From Marsupella aquatica (lineage: Eukaryota; Plantae; Marchantiophyta): a stretch of 64,000 nucleotides of DNA. The position numbers and the translations under genes are program-made. Positions 53,061 to 64,000 of this stretch are shown piece by piece. Where the stretch lies: the NCBI GenBank assembly GCA_973895155.1, contig OZ316895.1:16782170-16846169 (forward strand). The letters are read 5' to 3'. A model generated the notes under the pieces. The model searched no databases. It was not told the DNA's origin and saw nothing but the letters and a program-made list of their open reading frames with translations. The number at the start of each line of letters is the position of its first letter. Positions within the stretch are counted from its first letter, which is position 1.

Positions 53061-54274
53061 CCTGAGAGTACGCTCAACGTGAAATTGCAATTGCAAATTG
53101 GATGTAGAATCTGAAAGTCTGAGTGAGTGATTGAGAGGGCAAGATGTTAAGCAAGGAGGTCTGGGTTAGGCTGGAGGTGATCGAGTCTCACATATCCAGA
53201 AGACAGTGCATAAACTTCATTTGCTGCAGTTACTGGGTGGAGTTTATCCGATAAGTGCAAGCTGGCGGCATCGTCCCACAAGCCCGCACTTAGACGTGAT
53301 AGACTTGTATTCTTTCACTTTTTTGTGCTCTCAGTCAAGGAGGTGGGTGCCCAGGAGGTGGGTGCCCAGATGTTCTAGGGAGCTAGACTCGAGCTGACAC
53401 GAGGGTTTAGCTAGGCGATGAGAATCCGTCCAGATGTAGACCTGCTGTATACTTATAATTAAGAATACCTGAGCATTATGTTGGTGAGGTCGACGATACA
53501 GATGACCAGGACGACAAGACCAGGAAGATTGAGCGACCAGACTCTCCTAGCCTCCTCCTGTAGATGACTCTTCTTTTGGTGGCTACGACCGTCCACAGTA
53601 CTTAGCAGCCTCCCCTCCAATACTGTACCCAGAATAGAGTGGTCTCTCGTTGAACTCAGTGGCGCGCACATCACCTACAGTAGGTTCTCGGAGCTCTGTC
53701 TCACTGAGCGTTGCCTCCCTGGCTGCACTGTTAGGAATAGGTAATCCCTGCGTTTCAGAGCAAAAAACATCTCGTTACTGTCATAGCCGAGGCATGGACG
53801 TCACCTGGCTTGCCCACTCTATTCTGGTTTAGTAGGTTAGGCTACAACCCCCCCTTAGTGGTTTTACCAAGGTAAGGATTCCTATGAGTTGATCGAATGT
53901 TCACTCCTTGCTTCCTTCTGGCTGGGGGACCAAGTGTGGTGAGCGTTGTGTGCTTTGCACCCTTTGTGAGTTGAGTTTCGGTTTTTTAATATAAATTGAC
54001 TTCCCAAGTACGTAAGAAAAGCGAGGCAGACGATGTGACGGGCCCATTACAGGTTGAGTGAAAAGCTCGAGGACAGGCATGGCTTCGTCTACTGTAGCGA
54101 TTGCCAGAAGTCATCATAATCTATAGTACAATATTACGTACCACCCTATCGAGCATTTAGTGTTAGGTCACTAGTATCCAATTAAGTAAGAATCATATTA
54201 TAAGCAAAACCCCGACAGCCGCCAGTTGTGTATATATCCCTCGACGCATACGATTCCACAACCCATTTCGATCG

Positions 54275-54740
54275 AGCCAGACGATTCCAAAGCCAGGCTG
54301 AAAATGTGGCAAGAGCAACTTAGCATTCCTTTCAAGAGCTCAACACTATATGAGGAAAACGAAAATCGCCAGGATGAAAGAGAATTAACCACAAGCTGGA
54401 GCTAGACTTTAGAAAGTCTGATACCTCACTGACAGATTTTTAAAAAGCCAGTTCACGTACAGCCAGGGTGAAAATGTGTGAAGAGGAACTTCGCATTCTT
54501 TTCAAGAGTTTAACACAAAGGGAAAACAAAATTAATGCCTACAAATAAACGAGAACCACAGCTAGAAAGTCTGATACCTCAGTCTGACAGATTTTGATAG
54601 CCAGACGATTCGAAAGCCCAATTTGATCAGGCCAGAAATGTGGGAAGAAGGTGAAATATAAAATGGCCAAGAATGAAAGGGAGAAAACCACAGCTGGAAC
54701 CGAATTTCAGAAAGTCTGAGACCTCACTGATCTGACAGCC
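54275..54740. repeat. Diverged tandem repeat (~150 bp modules x3)
   Basis: agccagacgatt, aaatgtg..aaga, accaca.gct.gaa..gaaagtctga.acctca.tgacag recur. Confidence 0.7.
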
Positions 54741-57700
54741 CGACCATTCGACCATTCCTTTTCCCTCCCATGCTCAGAGTTCTGGACGCTCAGGCTCTCA
54801 GGAGCAGCTCGAGCCTAGCTTCACCATCAATGATGAATCATCACTGCTTTTCCACTTGCCAACTTCCAGTGACCCAGTACAGTATCGATCCCTTTGAGGA
54901 GAGAGGCTAGGACTGTACCTCCACGGTACCAGAAGCTACGTGAAGCATTGTCCACATGCTTAACTTGGATTGCTGCAGTCACGTGATGATCCATTGATCG
55001 AAGTCGTCCCACTCCACCCTACACTCCCTACAGTATAGGGATGGGCTGTACATCCAACAGCCTTAGCCGGAGGATCGAGTTTGCTTTCGATGTCAAGGAG
55101 AAATCACTCACACCATCACTGTAGTAGCGTAGTTAATTAATATAACATGTTTTCAAATTAATTCGACCTTGTCGTAATTATCAATGTACTGTATACGATT
55201 CTTATTTTTATTTTTTCAAATACACCCCCATGGCCATTAATCATGGTTCACACAATGGAAAGTAGATCTTGAACATGAATTTCTTGATCAACTGCCCCCT
55301 TCCCACCGCCTTTAACCGGTCTGGCAAAAATAGATTTTGCGAGACATTGGATTTCTTGGTCATTTATTCGTTCCCACTGCCCACTCAGGAACGCACATCC
55401 CAGAACTATTACTACATTTGATCTTGTATATGAATGTTTTTTGATTGAAACCAAAAGACAAATCACCCATCAGACAATCATAGATAATCATCTCTCGAGC
55501 ATGCAAGATTGCAGGGGTAGCCAGGGATATCCAGGGATGCAGCAAGGGACCCTACCAGAAGGGATTATGTGAGCAGCGAGGGTTTAGAGTGATATGACAA
55601 TAGTTGTGCATAAGAGCACCAGCCATCAATGACAAAAATGTTTTGACATGACAGAATGACAGTCTTTGGGGGCCCGACCAGTACGTCGAAGAGACTAGAT
55701 TAGACGCACATGTTTTGCTGGCGAGATTAAATGTCCACTAAACAAAAATCTGATGTACCCCATCAACCTCAAATTGCCTGGTAATAGCAAGAGACCATAT
55801 ATCGTGCAATCTTCGAGCCTTGCATGATGGGAAGAGTAAATCAGACTGATGATCTTCCAAAATTGAGAGGATTCCTAGAGTCCTCCTAGAGATTCTTGGC
55901 ATGATACTAGGGTGTTGGTGTGTGCCAGAAATTCCAGAAAGATTGCAAGTAAAAGGTAGTCCTAAAATACTACCCAGAAAAACTAATTAACTGCATGATA
56001 TCCATTAGCAAAAAACTTAGACATTGAAATTATAGGCTAAAATTAGGTTCAGACTCAAATTTGGGTCCAGTCATTTGAGTTGAATGGGAGCATAATCATG
56101 TCTGAGGTACATATTGGGCGTGTTGGAAAAGATGCTTTGGGACCAAATTACAATGCAAATCGAAAGAAAATAAAATAAAACACTAAGAAAAAAATGAATG
56201 ATATTCATTGTTCTCGATCAATGTGAGATCATGAAATCCAATATTTTACATTGTGGACGGTCACAACATTGTTCAATTCAAATTGAGGTTTATACCTGCC
56301 TTCCCCATGTAAGCAACTACCTTGTCAAATGCAGCAAGTAAAATAAGGCACTATGGAAGTGAGTGTACCTTTGGGCGATCCTCAATAGGTATTTCCCTGT
56401 TCTTTTGACCATAGTTTTATAGTGCCGGGTAAGTAAAATAAGGCGTTTCTGAAACCAAACAGTGAATAATTTTAATTTTTTTGTTATTTAGTAAAAATAA
56501 TAATTAAAATTTCAAAATAAGAATATTTCGAAAATAATCTCTTTACATAAATGGGTATTTCTATTACGTTAATATCGCAAGTGGTATGCTAATGTTAGGA
56601 TAATCTACTAGGGGTAGATGTGAGGAATACAAAATTAAAATAGTTAATGACTTTGTGACATGAATTGGAGAGATAAAATAGTCTTCACCCAAATGGAATA
56701 TTGCAAACAAGAGTAACTCATCACAAGAAACACATTTCTTTTTGCCATAGGCAGGAGGTAGGTATTGTCAACAGAGAGGGAGGGAATCTCTCTATTTGTC
56801 TTATTACGACACCAAAAGCCTTTACACCTAGCCGGCCCTTTACAAACTATAAAGGAGTGGGAACGAAACAAAATAATGGGAGGACACAGGGAAAGCAGCT
56901 CAGAGTATGGGGATTACATCATGTTGCATATATATTTGTACAGTACTGTGGGATTAAAAGTCTACAGTTCTTGATCTACTTCTTAAAGGGAAGTCATAGG
57001 CTATAGTGTATTTGGCAAGGGAAAATTTGAATTTGTACAGTATTGCGTGTGAATAGGGATGAGCATGGGAGTCTGGTACGGGCGATCTTCTTGTGCATAA
57101 GCAAGAGTATTCGGACTGGTGGATACCAAGTAGGGGAGCATCATCTAGATCACGTTTGAGGGAGAACCTAAGAGATTTGTCTCTCAAGGGTTATCCAAAT
57201 TAAATGATTATTTGAATTAAAATACAACAACTGATAGTTACATGCATAGCGTCCATGTACCATTGTTTATGGACTAGGGGTTTCCCGGACTCGAGGGGGG
57301 CGGGGGCAGTTGCATGGCCTTTGCTACTAAAGTTTGGGTCCCCTTTTAAACAAAACTCCATCAATGTACGAAAAAATATAACTTGCTAGAAAATTTCTTC
57401 ATTGTAATCAAATTGCATGATCGTTCCTGCAAGGAGTGTGTTGTCACACTATTACTAGTAACCTTAAAATATAATTTGGGGACACATTAATATGGCCTTG
57501 ACAGGAAACACCCTACTCTAAGGTTATCACCAGCAAAACAACACGTTATGCTCCATTGGTTTATCTGCCCTGCCATTTCAAAGTCAGCTCTAAATAAATA
57601 CAGAGGTGCTGCTAGATGTCATACAATGCACTTCCACGAGCACTCAGACATATTAATTTCACAACGTCATTGTGTCAAAATATATATCCATGAGCTCTAA

Positions 57701-60700
57701 GGCCAAATCAAAATCAAAACTCACTAAGGCCATGTTATTCCCCAGTAGCACTTGAATACACCCCTTTGAGAATTCAATTTTGGCTGCCTGGCTGAAAATT
57801 TAAGAGCCTAAACCTTGTAACCAGCAGATCTCAAGATGAACACTCAAAATAGACACTCAGTCAGGCTTCTGCTCCAGGTTCTACTCGTGCATGCAATACA
57901 TGTAAAATGTGTCTTGCTCCTAACCATAGCAAGGGAGTTGAATGTGTCATGCACCACAATCATTTGTAGTCTGTACTGTCGTGCAAAAATATGTATCAAA
58001 ATATATATATTAATGTATTAGCCAAATTTCTTTCTACCTGCAACCAATTGTCATGCTTGCTCAAAGGTGGCTTCGTCTGTGAAAAAGAATCAGGGCCCTG
58101 TTGAATTCATGAAAATTGGGTTCAAGCTAACACTATTTTGTGGTGAGTCTTGTTTCTGTAAATCTCAATGGGAGATTGGGAGTTTAAGTGTAACACGAAG
58201 TTGTGGTTCATCATTGGATACTGTAGCAGATATGTATGAAAGTACAATCATTTTGAGGCAAATCAGAAATATGAGTCCCCTTCTTGGGATGCATGCATCC
58301 TAGGGGATAAAGTAACAACTTGCAACCACTCACCACGTTGCATAAGTTTGGTTTGTAGGATGACGGTACCCTGCCTAGTTCCTACTGTTCAGGCAATCTA
58401 CTCCTTCATAGTGGGTATCAAAATATACAGATTATTCGGTAAACTCTGGTGCACAGAATAGGAGCTCGTGTATTCACGTGCGCCAATGATTCAAAGTAAA
58501 GATGAATAGATTCCTTAAAATTCTTGGTGCAACGAGCCTAGTTTTAGTTTAAAAAAACAAAGGTATCGGGGAAACCAAAAGAGATGTTTTGGGAGCTGAG
58601 AATGCGGTGGCCTTGCATGGGCCTGAGAAAGGCAGCCTGCGCGCAATAATTGGTAACGAATTACCAGCCTTCGAAAGATGGTCAATTCGTGCCTAGTGAC
58701 GTGAAAGTCACGTGTAATGTGAAATAGATAAAATCTACATGTGAAATGAACCTTTAAAAAAAATTCCCGTCACCATCCTTGAGGTGCTTCAGCGAATGAT
58801 ATAGTAGTACATAGCGAGCGAGCGTCTGGCTTGCAAGGAAGACTGCATTCTTGGACGAGACACTCATGCATTGCCCGTGCCATCATGTGTAAGTTCCTTT
58901 TTTTTTTCTTGTTCCCACGAAGCGAAAGATCCTCCGTGCCTCAGTTCAGAAGCGAGCGAGGGAGAATAAGTGACGTTAAGAATAAGTGACATCAATGTAC
59001 GGTTTTCTCATTGGGAATGGTACGTATTCCTTCGTAGCCAACTAATCAAATGACCTGTCGGAAAACCCATACCTTCATTTATCTCGATCTTTTGTTCTGC
59101 ATGTGTTAGGGGATGGGGCTCATGCTGATTGAGCTGGAGTCTCTTCAGATTAGACTTTAAACAAACAAGACAGTTCTGTCGCGGGAATTTGAGTTCGTTA
59201 TCAAGAGAAATCCATGCATAGGCTTCTTCCATTAATTGCTCTACACTCAGAGCATGCTTCTTCAGGGCTCTTGAGAAGACTAGGCATTTGAGCTATTTCT
59301 GCTCTTGACACCAGAATGCTGAAGTGCATATATCTGCTTGTCTGCTGATCCACAATGAATGGCTCCCCCACAATCCTTACGTGCTCAGGCACTATATGTC
59401 TAGCCCAGGCAGATGATTGTTGCCACCCTGAACATTACTCGAGTGAAGCACTTGCATTATCCTGCTTAGCACTCATGTAATGAGCGGACTCCAGTAGTCC
59501 ATTTGTCCACGAGAGAAAAGGAGCTTAAATTGTCAGGTCAGGTCAGATCAATATGAGTCTTTTTTTACTATTTCATTGCACGAGCTGTCTGGAACAGTAC
59601 CAGTCAGCACCCAGTGATCTGCTTCGACAGTTCGACCCTCCCAAAGCACGAATTTAGGCAAATATCTTGCCTGCAGTGGTACGTAGTATCAGGCGTGAGG
59701 CTGCATCATTCTGTTCTCGAGCATTTTCACTGCTGCTGCTGGCCACTTCCATCAGTTTCGTCTACAGGCATGATTGTGTGAGGCGAGCTGTGGACTGTCG
59801 TAGTATGCTAGCAGGACTAAGTTAAGTTTGGTACATATTGTCAGGCGTGGTTCGATCTTATCCAATGCCTCCTCTCATCATTCTCATTCTCAATATGTCA
59901 TAAATTGGTTCCGAAAGCAGGGCTGATGATGGGGATTGTTTCGCTTTCAAGTAAGTTGTTTAGCATGCATTTCACAAGGATTTCACATTAGGAAGTGCTT
60001 TGGACAAATGCCCGAACAGGTTGCTGCCCATAACTAACTCCGCCAGTGCACAACTTCATGAGATGTGCGTTGGCTTAATTTGTTCCTGCTGTCACAAACT
60101 TTGTTATCAAGTGTAGGAACTCACATGCTCATGTGCTGGGCAACGCAGAAAATCGTTGTGGTTGATGCTCCTTCGAATGGACCTGCAAATGATTCGGGGA
60201 CGCCACTAAATCTTACGCCCTTGTGATTTACATTGGTAATAATTAGAGCTGTGCATAAAATAAACAACTAAAAAATTCTGGTGCCCAGTGCTCAAATATG
60301 AGGTTTCAGATGTCTTGGCTTAGGAATGTATGGCGGCCATTTCATGAAAATTGGAACAAATTAAAATCCATATGTGACAACCCCCAATACTTACATGGTG
60401 CAACATGCTTTTCTGCGAACACATGTTGGGCTAAGTGGCACTGAAATACCTGGGAAAATTCCTCTTAGAAAATGTTTCAGCTGGAAAAATTTTGCTGCCG
60501 CATTGTGGCCATTGGAAAATAAATTTAGTTAATTTTTTGCTGTTGATAACAGTGGAGCAGCTTTTTTACTACTGTACTAGAGAATAGAGAAGGACAGATG
60601 TGAGAAACTTACAATGGAAATATATATAATAGCATAAACAAAGTAAACTAACAAAAACCTGGATACAGTGTCCCAAAGACAAAGCAACCCAATGGAGAAA

Positions 60701-60871
60701 CGGAAGAGGCCCAACCAACCAAGGGGTCCCTCACAACCCACGTCTTTCAAAGACACATGTTGTGAGCAATGAATGGAATAGAAATAATACCGCCTGCAAA
60801 GTCACAGCTTGCTCTAGTTTGCAGTCTGCTTTTTAAATGCAGTAGATATATTAGAGGAAAGTTTTTTTTTG

Positions 60872-61080
60872 GAAAATGGGAACAAAGCATAACGTATTTG
60901 GTTCATTAAAAGGGAATGCAGGTAGTTCCTTCAGACATAATAAAGCTGAGCTACTGAAGGAACCTGCATCTGGAAAAATGGGAACAAACAATGAGGTATT
61001 TGGTTCATTAAAAGGGAATGCAGGTAGTTTCTTCAGACATGATAAATCTGAACTGCTGAACTGCTGAAGGAACCTGCATC
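60872..61080. repeat. ~100 bp tandem duplication
   Basis: gaaaatgggaacaaa..gtatttggttcattaaaagggaatgcaggtagtt..ctgaaggaacctgcatc twice. Confidence 0.92.
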
Positions 61081-63828
61081 CAGTACAAATGACGTGGACA
61101 AGGGTTCGAAATTCGAGGCTTTACCTACCAAACTGATAGTCACCAATCCTGTAAAAGCAGCGAGTAAAAATACGCAAAAGCCAAGTCCAATCAGCAATGT
61201 AGTCTACTGTCTTTTAAGTGCACACTCTGGAGAAAGAAGGTTGAGATGAACCTTTAAAACAAGTTTGCATTACATGTTAAATGCAACATTAGCACTGTCG
61301 TGTATCCTGATGATTTACACCATGTGATAAATGCAATATTGACCATTTGCACTTCAATCTTCAAATGCTACATGATCCTCGTGCCTTCTCGGACTGTACA
61401 ATACCTGGCTAAAACCCTGTACCCTATTTTGTATCAGTGCACCAAAATACACTACGACAAACGCATCCAAAATTGCTGATAGACGTTCCAGACCATCCAC
61501 AAGTGTATATGCATTCTTACAGAGAGTTTGGACATATCATTTTGTTGTCCAGTGTAGACCCCACACACTTATAAATAAAAAATATAAACCGTTGGGAAAG
61601 AAAGGGGAAGAACGATCGTCGTTGCAATAAACCGGATTTTGCACTTATGGAGGTGCACTTAGATAGAGCTGACTGTAGTGACCTATCAGTCATAAAGCAG
61701 GGTACATTAAACGTGCATGCCAGGAACAAAGATTACATTCATTAATTAAGAAGAACGTTTTCCAAGAATGGATCTCGTCATTGACGTTGATCTCAAAATG
61801 CGATGGCTCAAAGTTCTATAGCCCAATAACACCCTGCTCAATAGACAACTTTATGTGCTTGCTGCTAGCACCATACGCGGGACAAAACATGTATAATATA
61901 AATGAATGGACGGACCTAAGAAATGCCAAATTGGAGAAGTAGCAGCTATTGCAAATTAGAATATGTCAAATTATTCTCCTTGCTGTGTGCGCGCATGTTG
62001 TATTTGTCGGTTGGCAATAAATCTTTTGTTTTTCTATTTAAAAATATACATATAGATAACAAGTTACAATTCCCATGCAACCAAGCTGAGATCATGGGTG
62101 AGATCATAGACTTTAACTGTTTTGTTTTTTGTGAAGTAGGATGCTTGGTAGGAGAGCTAGGTACTAGCACACTCAGTGCAACGAGGAAACCAGAGTACTA
62201 GACTGTAAATGTCAGAAGAATGGTTTAGAAGAAATTTAAAAAATCGCTCCCAGAATCTTACAAATCTTAGTCACCAGATTGCATTTGCCTCATTCTGTAG
62301 TGTTTACTGTTTTTCCTCCTTGGACCTCTCTTGATTTCTCTTCACTATACTTTGTTTGTCCCTTTTTGTATAAACTTGTCAGATTATCCATTCTTTGAAA
62401 GTGAATAGAGATATGGATTAAAAAGTGTAGAACCCTTGATTACAGCAGCTGACTAAAGCTTCTTCAAGTAATTGAAAAAGAGCTGGCCATTTCACCATAT
62501 CCTTATCCCTCAACCACAACAGCTGACCTCTTCATATACAACCTCCCTAATCCATCAACTCTCTTCACATGCGACCCGTACTCCACCGACTCTCTTCACA
62601 GGCGACCCAACTTCAAACGTGGTTGCACTACTCTCTGCACTACTCCACCCCATCCCCATTTCACCCCCACCCCTAAATTGATTGACCCTCCCTAAGTCCT
62701 TGAACATAAACAGAGACCAAGACAATAAAGAATGATGTACTAAAAATGACTATATAGTATTTCTGGTTCATTTTGCCTCATCCTTGTTTTTTGTCCATTG
62801 TCTTTGAGTATTAAGGTCAAGAGGCTTCACTTTACACAGTAGCCTTCAAAAGTATTTGCCCTTTATCACTAAGATTATGTCCCTGGCTTTCTCCTGCGCT
62901 TTGAGTTTCCTTCACCAAGATTATGACCCTAGCTTTCCCCTTTGCTTTGAGTTTCTTTCGCCTTAAACAAAGACTGAAATGTATGGAAAATGGAAACTTA
63001 CAAACTTAAATATCAAGGGAAAAGGTCAAAAGGTCAAATACCTAGTATCTAAGGAGAAATATTGAAATTTTCAGTCCTTCAGACAAAATTTTGGATTATG
63101 CTTGTGGAGTTTGGGTATTCTAAGAAACATTTATGTAAAGGACTGATTTAGCAGTGTATTTATTGGCTGACTTTTAATAGATAAAATCCCAAAACTATTT
63201 ATGGGGTTGCGCCATGTTTTGAAAATACAAAGTATGATAATTTCAAGCACGGCATGTGGATACATGATCCAGCGTCTTTTCTAGAGGCAAAAATTCACCA
63301 GATTCTACCACCTCCCCAAAAAGCTTTGCCACTTTTCGCAAAAATCGGCTAAGCTTCTTTGCCGCATTAGCCAGTGTTGCACCTAATCACAGGCACCTTT
63401 AGCCTTAATCTAATGGTCATTCTTAAATCTATGGAGATTTGACGGTCAGAAAAATATTACAGAAAAATCAGATAACAAATATTTTGAGCATCTTCTCCTT
63501 CTTCACAGAGGCGACATTGGCCAATCCGACAAAAAAGGTAAAAACTTTAAACGATTATGCTGAGGCTGACCTCGTCATCTCTAACACATAGGCAGGCTGA
63601 TAATCATTTGTAGTTCACTTCCAAACCAAGAATAAGGGCTCCCAGCCTGCCACCACAAAAAACTTGAATCCATAGATCAAGACAGAATAGGCCAACCCGG
63701 ACAAGTCATTAATGTACGAGTGTACTTTGGCGGCCTGTAAGACGAGTAAATGTATTCACGCACTACTCTAGCTCCAACCAATTATTCCATCCAAAGAAAT
63801 TAAAGACCAACGTCCACACTCCACAGGC

Positions 63829-63944
63829 TATATAAACGGCTGGTTCATATCATAATTGGCGTCAATTTTGGCTTCCACTCAATGACTTCAGAGAAAATGT
63901 CGCCGTCATTTCCCTCACCACTTTATTTTGGTACCGTGGAGCAG
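63829..63944 (+). promoter_or_regulatory. Possible start of a downstream gene: TATATAAA (63829-63836), ATG at 63882, donor CAG|GTATAA after 63944
   Basis: Motif spacing only; the 21-codon exon MTSEKMSPSFPSPLYFGTVEQ is not recognisable. Confidence 0.2.
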
Positions 63945-64000
63945 GTATAACTTCTGGATAACCGGCCTGTTTACTATTTTGGAAGCTTGGTTCTCACATT

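Noticed and set aside
59008-59400. Possible minus-strand exon (LKKHALSVEQLMEEAYAW..)
   Set aside because: No recognisable family and no consistent neighbouring exons

Overview
Eukaryotic nuclear DNA from a land plant, most likely a bryophyte. The decayed PLS-class PPR resembles moss and liverwort RNA-editing factors; the organism call is inference. Five apparently intact genes are present: the 3' part of a spliced kinesin-14 (+, to 3167), an intronless plastid porphobilinogen deaminase HEMC (-, 5719-6954), a single-exon 'PRLI-interacting factor A'-type protein (+, 9432-10262), a three-exon group-A ABI5/ABF bZIP (-, 23973-25764) and a class VIII (DRN/LEP/LAXR-like) AP2/ERF (-, 50342-51415). 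The rest is repeat-rich intergenic DNA: a PIF/Harbinger transposase relic, a Helitron-like end, minisatellites, many local tandem duplications and decayed genes. The decayed genes include the PLS-PPR pseudogene and an ~8.5 kb relic whose motif order fits a giant DUF3638/DUF3645 P-loop protein. The most interesting observation is that the 9432-10262 protein reproduces the module order and key motifs of animal HEXIM, suggesting a possible plant P-TEFb/7SK-like regulatory system. All calls come from manual reading and translation; no searches were run.
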